Positions 18,204 to 27,080 of a DNA stretch of 64,000 nucleotides are shown in pieces. Source of the DNA: an uncultured Clostridia bacterium. GTDB lineage: Bacteria; Bacillota; Clostridia; Oscillospirales; Ruminococcaceae. A model generated the notes under the pieces. That model ran no database searches, was not told the origin of the DNA, and saw nothing but the letters and a program-made list of their open reading frames with translations. The position numbers and the translations under genes were made by a program. How positions within the stretch are numbered: the stretch's first letter is position 1; the number at the start of each line of letters is the position of its first letter. Location: the NCBI GenBank assembly GCA_947177735.1, contig CAMWVP010000001.1:1761-65760 (forward strand). Direction: 5' to 3'.

Positions 18204-21143
18204 TTATGCGTTGATCTCTTCCGGCTGAGCCGCCCTTCTTTCTTCGGCAGCGGCTTCAATATCCTTTTCCCACAGCTCCTCAAAGTCTTTTATGGTCATA
18301 GGCTTCGCGAAATAATAGCCCTGCACCATATGACACTCGATATCCTGCAAAAAGTTTACCTGCTCGACGGTCTCGACGCCCTCGGATATGACCCGCATAT
18401 TGAGGTTATTCGCCAGATCGACTACCGTCGAAATAACGGCTCTGCCCTTTTGAGAATTGACCGTGTCACTGAAGAACTCGCGGTCTATCTTTACCACGTC
18501 GGCGGGGATATCCTTAAGCATATTCAGCGAGGAATAGCCCGACCCGAAATCGTCTATCGACAGCTTAAAGCCGATATCGTGCAGCTTCTGCATCACCCGG
18601 AGCATCAGATCGGCGTTATCCGTGAACACGCTCTCGGTCAGCTCCAGCTCGATATACTCATACGGTATCTCGTACTTGTCGACTATCTCGCGCAGACGCC
18701 AGATATAGTCGTCGTTGTTGAGGTGCAGACGCGACTGGTTGACCGAGATCACAACGGGCGTAAGCCCTCTGTTAATCCAGCGCCGCATCGCCTTGCAGAC
18801 CTCCTCGAGAATGAAGAAATCAAGCTCCACAACAAAGCCGTTCTTCTCCGCTATCGGAACGAACCTGTCGGGAAATACAAATCCGTACTCCTTGCTGTTC
18901 CAGCGGATAAGCGCTTCGCCGCCCTCGATATGCTTCGACTGCGTGCCGTACTTAGGCTGAATGTAGCACATAAACTCGTGCTCCTTGAGCGCGGTCGGCA
19001 TAACGTTCTCGTAGTCCTTTTCGCGCAGGGCGTCGTCGCGCACCTTACCGTCGTAGAACGCTATCGCGTTGCTGTGTCTGCCCTTTATCGTCCTCTTTGC
19101 GATGTTGCAGCGGTCGATAGCGACGTTGAAGTCAACCATATCGTATTTGTCAACGCACTGTCCGAGTCTGCACACGCCCGCGCTGAACAGCACGGGATAG
19201 GACACGAACAGCGAGTTTCGGCGTTCAAACTCGGTAAAGATACTGTTTATCCTGTTTTCGATATCGGTATCGGTTGCATTCCTTATCGTGCAGGCGAAGT
19301 TATCGTCCGAAATGCGCGCATAGACCTCGCCCTGCTCCATATGATCGCCGATCGTCTTATACAGCCGCTCGAGCATACGGTCACCCTCGGCGTAACCGAG
19401 ATGATCGTTGATAAACTTGAACTTGTCGATATCAAAAACGACCGCCGCCCATTTATCGGGGCTCGACTTCTTAAGCACCTTTTCCGAATCGGTCATATAT
19501 TTGCGCTTGGTGCGTCCGCCCGTGAGAGTGTCTACCCCGGCGATGCGGCGGCTCTTTAGCGTTGCGAGCACGATAAACACCGCGAGCGCTCCCGCGAGTA
19601 TCACAAATCCACCGACTATGAGCCAGATGTTCATATCGTTCCCGTCGGTCGTAACGTCCGCGGAATTTATAATAGTGTAAATGTCAACGATAGACTCATT
19701 GCCGTTGATGTGCGCTATCGACTTTTCCATAATGCTTCTCAGCTCGTCATAACGCCGCGTTATCGCGAAGCACTCCGAGCGAAATACCGGCAGCACGTCA
19801 AATATGTGCATCTCTTCATACTGCGTGGTTTTCAGGTAGATCGCGTCCTGACAGTCCATACACACAAAGCTCTCGCGTCCCTTGTCCACCATCTCGCACG
19901 CTATCAGATTGGTGGAGTATCGGGAGATACCCGCCTGCGAATGGAAACGCTCGAGGTACTTTATGACCTCGATCTCACTGCTCGCTATCGCGATATCGGA
20001 GGTCTCGGTGAACTCCGACTCCGCCCTGCCCGCGATGACCATCGGCGAGCGCGTAACGGGCGCGGAGACAAAGTACCCCGAATAGCCGTCTATCCCGCTC
20101 GGGGGAATGCCGCCGAAAACGATATCCGCCTCCTCGGCTGCCATCGCGTTCATACAGTCGGTAAGAGAGTTGTAAGCCCTGACCTTCATCTCAAGCCCCG
20201 TGCTCTCCGATATACGATCCATGATCGTTCCGGCAATGCCCGTGAGCTTTTCGGTCGACGGGTCGTAAGACGAGGTAGTATCCGAGCTGAGATTAAAGGC
20301 TATAACTATCCGGTCGGTATTGTTGAGGAAGCTGTGTTCGGCGTCGGAGTAGGCATACTTCTGCGAGCCGTAAACGGAGATGTTTTTCTGATACGTGTCT
20401 CCCGGGAACGACGGGTAGTTCATAAACAGCTTGGACATTGCGCCCGCTATGTCCGCGGCAAGGGCGGTGTCGTCCGCGCGGGTCACGAAATAGCACGACT
20501 CCGTATCGAACTGGTAAACTATCGTCTCGTCCTCCCACGGGCGGAAGCAGTTCTTAGCCACCGCGTCCAGCTTTCCCGAAATGAAATCCGCCTTCATCGT
20601 AGCCTCGGTGTTGTACTTGACGAACTGCGCGTTTTCGAGTTCGCTCTTGACGAACTTCCCGCCGCGGAAAAAGTCGCCCTCGTCCTCCGGCAGATATCCT
20701 ATGCGCATACTGCGCACGGCAAGGGTGTCGTTAAACGACACCGCGCTTTGTTCGCCCTTGTCGTATACGTAAATGGCGCTGAATTTCGTTATCAGCGAAA
20801 AGCCCGCTGTGGCAAACTCGTTGCCGCCGTACAGCTCGAGCTCCCGCTCCGAAACGCAGGGAATCAGATCGATCTCGCCGTCGCGGAGCATATCGAACAG
20901 CTCACCCGGCATACCGTCTATGTACGTAAAGCGGTTCCCGGTATATTTCGCGAACTGATCGACATAATCGCAGGCAAGCCCGGATATACCCGTGTTCGTT
21001 CGTATAACGCCGAATTTTCCGCAGACGCCCACAACATAAGTTTTCGTATCATCCGCCGATGCAAAGCTCGGCGTAAACGCCGTCAGAAAAATAAACAGTG
21101 CCAACATCAACGCCGAAATCCCGCCAAAGATGCGCGTCATCAA
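18204..21143 (-). CDS. Membrane c-di-GMP phosphodiesterase (two extracellular substrate-binding-like domains, TM, degenerate GGDEF, EAL)
   Basis: N-terminal signal/TM, PBPb-like repeats, TM at ~505-530, RISDDNF at the GGDEF site, GEALIRW and DDFGSGYSSLNML. Confidence 0.88.
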   Translation of the reverse strand: MMTRIFGGISALMLALFIFLTAFTPSFASADDTKTYVVGVCGKFGVIRTNTGISGLACDYVDQFAKYTGNRFTYIDGMPGELFDMLRDGEIDLIPCVSERELELYGGNEFATAGFSLITKFSAIYVYDKGEQSAVSFNDTLAVRSMRIGYLPEDEGDFFRGGKFVKSELENAQFVKYNTEATMKADFISGKLDAVAKNCFRPWEDETIVYQFDTESCYFVTRADDTALAADIAGAMSKLFMNYPSFPGDTYQKNISVYGSQKYAYSDAEHSFLNNTDRIVIAFNLSSDTTSSYDPSTEKLTGIAGTIMDRISESTGLEMKVRAYNSLTDCMNAMAAEEADIVFGGIPPSGIDGYSGYFVSAPVTRSPMVIAGRAESEFTETSDIAIASSEIEVIKYLERFHSQAGISRYSTNLIACEMVDKGRESFVCMDCQDAIYLKTTQYEEMHIFDVLPVFRSECFAITRRYDELRSIMEKSIAHINGNESIVDIYTIINSADVTTDGNDMNIWLIVGGFVILAGALAVFIVLATLKSRRIAGVDTLTGGRTKRKYMTDSEKVLKKSSPDKWAAVVFDIDKFKFINDHLGYAEGDRMLERLYKTIGDHMEQGEVYARISDDNFACTIRNATDTDIENRINSIFTEFERRNSLFVSYPVLFSAGVCRLGQCVDKYDMVDFNVAIDRCNIAKRTIKGRHSNAIAFYDGKVRDDALREKDYENVMPTALKEHEFMCYIQPKYGTQSKHIEGGEALIRWNSKEYGFVFPDRFVPIAEKNGFVVELDFFILEEVCKAMRRWINRGLTPVVISVNQSRLHLNNDDYIWRLREIVDKYEIPYEYIELELTESVFTDNADLMLRVMQKLHDIGFKLSIDDFGSGYSSLNMLKDIPADVVKIDREFFSDTVNSQKGRAVISTVVDLANNLNMRVISEGVETVEQVNFLQDIECHMVQGYYFAKPMTIKDFEELWEKDIEAAAEERRAAQPEEINA

Positions 21144-21377
21144 AAAACCACCTCCAAGTTACCTTAGAAAGCAAAAAAATAAAATCTAAGGTAACAATGT
21201 CGGAAAACCGAAAAAGGTTGCCGCCTTACATTTCTTTTTATTGAATTATGTATCCTAAGTGAAATAACTTACTCAATATATTATAGCATTTTATGAAACA
21301 ATTTTCAATACTTTAGTATAATTTTTTCAGTTATGCAACAAAAGAAAGTTTTATTTTAGACATTTTGCACAAAAACA

Positions 21378-21406
21378 TTGACAAACCGCCAACAATATGG
21401 TATAAT
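21378..21406 (+). promoter_or_regulatory. Sigma-A promoter upstream of GH13 gene
   Basis: TTGACA-17bp-TATAAT. Confidence 0.75.
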
Positions 21407-21601
21407 TATTTTGACAACTTTGCCCCGAAAAGGGCTGCTGTATAAACACATATTGATCTTCCGATTAAACTTTTCAGGGATTTTCGGCGTTTTCCCCGCC
21501 TCCGGCAGAGAAAACGCCGAAAATAAGCCTAAAATACGGCAAATATTTAATTGGGGAGCAATAATACAGCTGTTAAAAAAACGAAATAAGAGGTAATCAC
21601 T

Positions 21602-22924
21602 ATGAAATGGTATGAAAACGCGGTGTTCTATCACATTTATCCCATCGGGTACTTCGGGTGCCCGCGAACCAACGATCAGTCGAGCGAGCCGACCCACAAG
21701 ATACTTAAGCTTATCGACGATATCCCCCACATCAAGGAGCTCGGCTGCAACGCGATCTATTTCGGGCCGATATTCGAGAGCGTAGCACACGGCTACGACA
21801 CCATCGACTACAAGACCGTCGACCGCCGTCTCGGCACCAACGAGGACTTCAAAAAGGTCTGCGATGCGCTCCATGAGAACGGCATCAGGGTAGTTCTCGA
21901 CGGCGTATTCAATCATGTAGGGCGCGATTTCGTTCACTTCAAGGACGTGCGCGAGCATAAGCTCGGAAGCGGCAAAAAGGACTGGTTCCACGTTCGCGAG
22001 GGCAACTCCTGCTACAACGACGGCTTCTACTACGAGGGCTGGGAGGGTCACTACGAGCTTGTAAAGCTCAACCTCTACAACGGCGAAGTAAAGCAATATT
22101 TAAAGGACGTTATCACGGGCTGGAAGAACGAATTCGGCATTGACGGTCTGCGTCTTGACGTTGCGTACTGCCTCGACCATAACTTCCTGCGCGAGCTGCG
22201 CGGTCACTGCAAGTGGCTCAGCGAGGACTTCTTCCTGCTCGGCGAGACCCTCCACGGCGATTACAATATGTGGATGAACGACCAGATGCTCGATTCCGTT
22301 ACCAACTACGAGTGCTATAAGGGCTTGTTCTCGAGCTTCAACGATATGAATATGTTCGAGATCGCGCACTCGATAAACCGCCAGTTCGGAAGCGAAAACT
22401 GGTGCCTCTACAGAGGAAAGCACCTGTACACATTCGTCGACAACCACGACGTAACGCGCGTTGCGACTATCCTCCGCACCAAGGAGCACCTGCCGCTTAT
22501 CTACACTCTGATGTTTATGATGCCGGGCATTCCGTCCGTATACTACGGCAGCGAATTCGGTATCGAGGGCGATAAGCGCGGAGGCGGCGACGACGCTCTC
22601 CGTCCCGAGTTCGACCTTGAGAAGATGAAATCCGAGGGACACCGCGACCTCTCCGAGCACATCAAGTCTCTCGCCGAGATCGAAAAGAACCACCCCGCAG
22701 CAGCGATGGGCGACTACAAGCAGGTACAGCTCACGAACAGGCAGTACGCGTTCTCGCGCTCTGCGGACGGTGAGACCCTGCTTACCGTTATCAACGCGGA
22801 CGGCGCGCCGTTCACGTTCAACCTGAATATGGGCGGAGAGGCGGAAAATCTCCTCACGGGCGAAAAGCAGCAGCTCGGCGGACTGACCCTGCCCGCGTTC
22901 ACGAGCGCAGTATTTAAAGTGTAA
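21602..22924 (+). CDS. GH13 alpha-amylase family glycosidase (cyclomaltodextrinase/neopullulanase-like, cytoplasmic)
   Basis: Conserved regions DGVFNH, GLRLDVA, GETLH, FVDNHD; YYGSEFG. Confidence 0.9.
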   Translation: MKWYENAVFYHIYPIGYFGCPRTNDQSSEPTHKILKLIDDIPHIKELGCNAIYFGPIFESVAHGYDTIDYKTVDRRLGTNEDFKKVCDALHENGIRVVLDGVFNHVGRDFVHFKDVREHKLGSGKKDWFHVREGNSCYNDGFYYEGWEGHYELVKLNLYNGEVKQYLKDVITGWKNEFGIDGLRLDVAYCLDHNFLRELRGHCKWLSEDFFLLGETLHGDYNMWMNDQMLDSVTNYECYKGLFSSFNDMNMFEIAHSINRQFGSENWCLYRGKHLYTFVDNHDVTRVATILRTKEHLPLIYTLMFMMPGIPSVYYGSEFGIEGDKRGGGDDALRPEFDLEKMKSEGHRDLSEHIKSLAEIEKNHPAAAMGDYKQVQLTNRQYAFSRSADGETLLTVINADGAPFTFNLNMGGEAENLLTGEKQQLGGLTLPAFTSAVFKV

Positions 22925-22963
22925 CTCACATTCAACATATACCGCTGCAACAAGGAGTTCGTT

Positions 22964-23401
22964 ATGAAAAAGAAAACCGCAATGATCCTGTTGGGCGTTT
23001 TAAGCGCAGTTTTCGCGATAGTCGTCGGCACCCCTATGATTTTCCTTATGGCTTGGCTGGGAGATGATTGGGGCGCCGGCGCGGTGGTGATCGCGGTGAG
23101 CATTTTCGCTTTGCTGCACGCTGTCTGCTCGACCCATGCGGCTAAGCGCTACAAACGGAAATACGAGCTTTCCGCGCCGAAATACGCGCTGCTGAATGTT
23201 TTGCCAATGCTTGCCATTGCGGTACTGTTATTTGCCGCGGCTTATTTGATCGGCGATTGGGACGGGGTGTTTTTGGCTCTCGGCGCGATATCCTTAGGGG
23301 GCTACACGGTCGGTTACGCGGCAGTGCTTTCGGCGGTCATGGGGATTTCGTATGCCGTTAGCAGAAAGAGGAGCACAGAATGGGAAAAGACAACGCGATA
23401 G
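22964..23401 (+). CDS. Small multi-TM membrane protein, RRYGISA family copy 1
   Basis: RBS AAGGAG; about 4 TM; motif KRKYELSAPKYALLNVLP. Confidence 0.75.
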   Translation: MKKKTAMILLGVLSAVFAIVVGTPMIFLMAWLGDDWGAGAVVIAVSIFALLHAVCSTHAAKRYKRKYELSAPKYALLNVLPMLAIAVLLFAAAYLIGDWDGVFLALGAISLGGYTVGYAAVLSAVMGISYAVSRKRSTEWEKTTR

Positions 23402-23802
23402 CAATGCTTATAGCTTTCGGCAATATGCTCATTATTGCCGTAGGGGCGGCGCAGTTAATGCTTATGTCGATAATGTGGTTTCTGCCCGTGATAATTGCGG
23501 TTCTCGTTCTGCACATAATTGCAACGAAGTTCTCCTGCCGCCGCTTTTGGCGTAAGTACGGAATATCGGCGGGGCGGTACATTTTATACGGCGCTCTGCC
23601 CGCCGCCCTGATAAATTTTGCTGCGTTAGCGGTGGTATTTGTTCTCACGCAAGCCGGTTTTACAACGTTACTGCTGCCGTCAATAGACATGATACCGCTG
23701 GAATACCCGCTTTTAATCTTTGCAGCGGGGTATTCGACCGTATACATAATAATTACGGCGGTAGTCCTCGAAACGGATAAAATTTATAAGGGCGATGTAT
23801 AA
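23380..23802 (+). CDS. Small multi-TM membrane protein, RRYGISA family copy 2
   Basis: RBS GAGGAG; motif WRKYGISAGRYILYGALP. Confidence 0.75.
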   Translation: MGKDNAIAMLIAFGNMLIIAVGAAQLMLMSIMWFLPVIIAVLVLHIIATKFSCRRFWRKYGISAGRYILYGALPAALINFAALAVVFVLTQAGFTTLLLPSIDMIPLEYPLLIFAAGYSTVYIIITAVVLETDKIYKGDV

Positions 23803-23829
23803 TTGTCATTTGACCGAAAGGAAAATATA

Positions 23830-24216
23830 ATGAACAAAACGACCGCAGTAGCTTTGCTTGTTGTCCTGAATATTATCGCCACACTGCTTAGCGGTATGGC
23901 AATAATACTGCTGATTTTTTCCTTTGGCTTGTTTGCGTCGTTGGTCGGCATTGTTTTTTATATAGAGCAGAGCAGGCTGTCCATGCACGTTTATAAGCTA
24001 TTCAACCGTCGATACGGCATTTCGGCGAAGCGGTATGTGCTGTATGCGGCATTGCCTCCCGCGGCGCTGAGCGTTCTCGGAATTATTGTAATGTTCAATA
24101 TTGAGGGAGGTAATATGGTATTTCCGGGAACATTGTGCTCACTGGGATTGACGATCTATTCGGCGGCGTACCTGATAGAGCTGTCATGGCGGTTTGTGGA
24201 ACAAGATCCCGATTAG
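23830..24216 (+). CDS. Small multi-TM membrane protein, RRYGISA family copy 3
   Basis: ATG 23830 after AAGGAAA; motif NRRYGISAKRYVLYAALP. Confidence 0.75.
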   Translation: MNKTTAVALLVVLNIIATLLSGMAIILLIFSFGLFASLVGIVFYIEQSRLSMHVYKLFNRRYGISAKRYVLYAALPPAALSVLGIIVMFNIEGGNMVFPGTLCSLGLTIYSAAYLIELSWRFVEQDPD

Positions 24217-24283
24217 ATCGGTTATTTTGAAACCTCATACTCTGTTTTATGCGGTTTTCCCCGTTTGCGGCGGGGAAAACCGT

Positions 24284-24424
24284 CAGTCTGTAGAAAAAAT
24301 CATTTAACTCGCATTTCTCAGACTGTCGAGAAGCCCTCAGATACGAGGAAACGGCTTGTCGGCTAGCCTTAATGGCTGCCGAACAAGCCGTTGACGAAGT
24401 AGATGAGGGTTTATCGACAGTCTG
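24284..24424 (+). mobile_element. MITE-like element, copy B (short variant)
   Basis: Outer end CAGTCTGTAGAAAAA, inner TIR CAGACTGTCGAGAAGCCC, right end TTTATCGACAGTCTG; flanked by CGT on both sides. Confidence 0.85.
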
Positions 24425-24702
24425 CGTTTTTCGTTTCCTTAATACGATCGTATGCTTTTGTCATAAACGCTAAAAAAACATGAAAAATTTGTCAACTTTA
24501 ACTCTAAATTGCGCTTGAAAAAAGCGCAAATTTGATGTATAATATTAGGTGAATAAAAATAATGAAATACAAATGGTTTTTTTGTAATGCCTTGGCAATG
24601 CAAAACATCGATTTTAAAATTATTTCTGTTCGCCAATCGTTTTCGCCGGCCGGACGACAACGATTCTCTACCGAAAAAACGGAGAATTGTGAGGTTAATA
24701 TT

Positions 24703-26487
24703 ATGAAAAAAAGTGAAACAATCAGAAGCAGTATCAGACGTGGAAATCTATTGATTCTTGCGGGAGGACTATTCCTTACCGTTTTTTTCACCGTTGCGAT
24801 GATTTTTATCGGAGTATGCCAGCGAACCGAGATAGAATTCAGCGACAATATAGCGAGAACATCAAACTCGATCATAGAAGCGAACAAGATCTACCGTGAG
24901 GTAGACAATATCGTATACGACGGGGTCGCAAACCGCTCACTCGACACGTCTACTCCTCAGTTTAATTCTCTTGTCGCAGCGTCCGCCGAGGAATCGGAGG
25001 ATGTGCGTTCTTTGATAGCGGCAGCGCAGACCCTGTACGACGACTTAAAGAACAAAGAGGCACAGGTAGTGAGCCTCAGTGCGACCGATAACGAAGCCGC
25101 ACAGGATCAGATCGACATAGTCGTTTATCCCGCCCTCACCGCGCTGACCGATAAATTGAACGAGATCTCCGTAAAATATGTTGAAATGACGGAAAAAGCG
25201 GGAAAGGTCGTTACGACGGTCATCGAAACCAGCACAATAGCGGGATTGGTTCTTTTTGTAGCAATGCTTGCGTATTCTCTGCTGATATCCAAAAAAATGG
25301 CGAACAACATTGCCGTTCCCGTTGTTGCGGTAGCGGAATGGGCTGAAACTCTTTCCACGGGTTCGGACAACATCGAATCTATACATACGTCTCTCGATAT
25401 TCAGCTTGAGGAAATACAGCGCATGATAAAGTCGTTTACCGTTATGTCCGAAAACATCAAGGAAAACGTCAACGTCGTGCGCAAGGTGGCGGACGGCGAT
25501 ATGACGGCATATGTCAACATCAGGTCAAGCGAGGACAGCCTCGGAAAGAGCCTGTACAAAATGGTTCAGAGCAACGACATAATGTTCGCGCAAATATCCC
25601 AGATCGCCGATTCCGTGACCGAAGGCACCGATTCCATTGCCTCGGCTGCGAGACTTCTGGCGGAAAGCTGCACCAAACAAGCGACTGCCATCAGCGATTT
25701 CCAAGCGAATATCAGCATCACAAACAAGCTTGTTAAAGAAAATGCCGAGGCAGCCGCTCACGCAAGCGATTTGTCCGACGCTATCCGCAACGAAGTCGTG
25801 GTAAGCAAGGAGAAAATGCAGGAGCTGGTCGACGCTATGCAGGCTATCAATAACGCTTCCGAAAAGATTTCGGGAGTTATCGCCAATATCGAGTCTCTTG
25901 CGAATCAAACCAATTTGCTTGCCATTAACGCTACTATTGAAGCGAAACGCGCAGGCGAAGCGGGCAAGAGCTTTGCGGTGGTAGCCTCGTCGATCAAAGA
26001 CCTGGCGGACAACAGCAAGGCTTCCGCGGCACAGACTAAAATGCTCGTTGACGATACGATCAACAAGGCAAAGCGCGGCAGTCAGATTTCCGATGAGACA
26101 TATACGGCTTTTGAAACGATAATGAATTCTCTTGAGCAGATCATCGACGTCTCGGCCAATATCGCCGATTCCGGCGCAAAGCAGCAAGAGAACATGAGCG
26201 GTATCGAACGTGAGATCGATGAGATATCCAGGGTGGTATCCACCAACGCCGCTTCCAGCGAGGAAACCGCGGCAATGACGGTCGAGATATCCAAAAACGC
26301 CGAGGTGCTCAAGAGCTCGATGAAGCAGTTCAATCTGCGCAACCGCACACCCGGCAAGCCGTACATCCCGCCGGAAAAAGCAAACGACCAAGACTTTATC
26401 CGCATTGCAACCGATAACTACAACAAATTCCTGAATTCTGCCGAGGGCAAAAAGATCGCGGCGGAGATGAAAACCGACAAGCTCTGA
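24703..26487 (+). CDS. Methyl-accepting chemotaxis protein
   Basis: Two TM helices, HAMP, signalling core IESLANQTNLLAINATIEAKRAGEAGKSFAVVA; start moved to ATG 24703 behind GAGGT. Confidence 0.92.
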   Translation: MKKSETIRSSIRRGNLLILAGGLFLTVFFTVAMIFIGVCQRTEIEFSDNIARTSNSIIEANKIYREVDNIVYDGVANRSLDTSTPQFNSLVAASAEESEDVRSLIAAAQTLYDDLKNKEAQVVSLSATDNEAAQDQIDIVVYPALTALTDKLNEISVKYVEMTEKAGKVVTTVIETSTIAGLVLFVAMLAYSLLISKKMANNIAVPVVAVAEWAETLSTGSDNIESIHTSLDIQLEEIQRMIKSFTVMSENIKENVNVVRKVADGDMTAYVNIRSSEDSLGKSLYKMVQSNDIMFAQISQIADSVTEGTDSIASAARLLAESCTKQATAISDFQANISITNKLVKENAEAAAHASDLSDAIRNEVVVSKEKMQELVDAMQAINNASEKISGVIANIESLANQTNLLAINATIEAKRAGEAGKSFAVVASSIKDLADNSKASAAQTKMLVDDTINKAKRGSQISDETYTAFETIMNSLEQIIDVSANIADSGAKQQENMSGIEREIDEISRVVSTNAASSEETAAMTVEISKNAEVLKSSMKQFNLRNRTPGKPYIPPEKANDQDFIRIATDNYNKFLNSAEGKKIAAEMKTDKL

Positions 26488-26494
26488 TTTATTA

Positions 26495-26562
26495 ACTCGC
26501 CGCTGAAGCAAAACGCACAAATCCTGTCGGCGTGATTTGCGCATTTTGCTTCAGCGGCGAGT
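26495..26562. terminator. Long inverted repeat/terminator after MCP gene
   Basis: ACTCGCCGCTGAAGCAAAA...TTTTGCTTCAGCGGCGAGT; ~29-bp stem. Confidence 0.7.
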
Positions 26563-26645
26563 ATATTTTTTATCGGCTTGTTCTACGGACTGCCCGAATG
26601 AAATAAGGGACATATATAACTATATTCAGCGGGAGTGAGGGGCAT

Positions 26646-27065
26646 ATGAACAAAAAGAACGCAATAATTTTGCTTATCGTTTTCGGTAATCTGTCGGTCA
26701 TCGTTATCGGCTCGGCTCAGTGTTTTCTTCTGCCGCTGATAAGGTATACGCTGCCGTTTATGCTTGCCGCTGCGGCGGTGCTTATCGCGCATACGCTCGC
26801 GGCTAAGTTTTCGCGCAGAGGCATGGAGCGGCGGTACGGTATTTCGGCAAGGCGGTATATTCTTTGCGGTACGCTCCCCGCGCTGATATTAAGTCTGCTC
26901 GTGAACATTTTATCGTTCATATTTCTAAAATATGATATTGGCGCATTATCCGGAATGGGTATTGACGGTTTACCGGCTGAATGGATATTCTCGCTTTTTG
27001 CGACGGGGTATTCGGTCGCGTTCTTAGCGGCGCAGGCAGTTGCCGTGGCAAGAGAAATTTGGTAA
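26646..27065 (+). CDS. Small multi-TM membrane protein, RRYGISA family copy 4
   Basis: MNKKNAIILLIVFGNL resembles copy 2; motif ERRYGISARRYILCGTLP; FATGYS matches FAAGYS. Confidence 0.75.
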   Translation: MNKKNAIILLIVFGNLSVIVIGSAQCFLLPLIRYTLPFMLAAAAVLIAHTLAAKFSRRGMERRYGISARRYILCGTLPALILSLLVNILSFIFLKYDIGALSGMGIDGLPAEWIFSLFATGYSVAFLAAQAVAVAREIW

Positions 27066-27080
27066 AACGGAGGGATAAAT

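Noticed and set aside
24562-24702. 47-aa N-terminal extension of the MCP ORF; also checked as a c-di-GMP riboswitch
   Set aside because: RBS supports ATG 24703; no GGCAAA...GAAA...GACGCAAA core found
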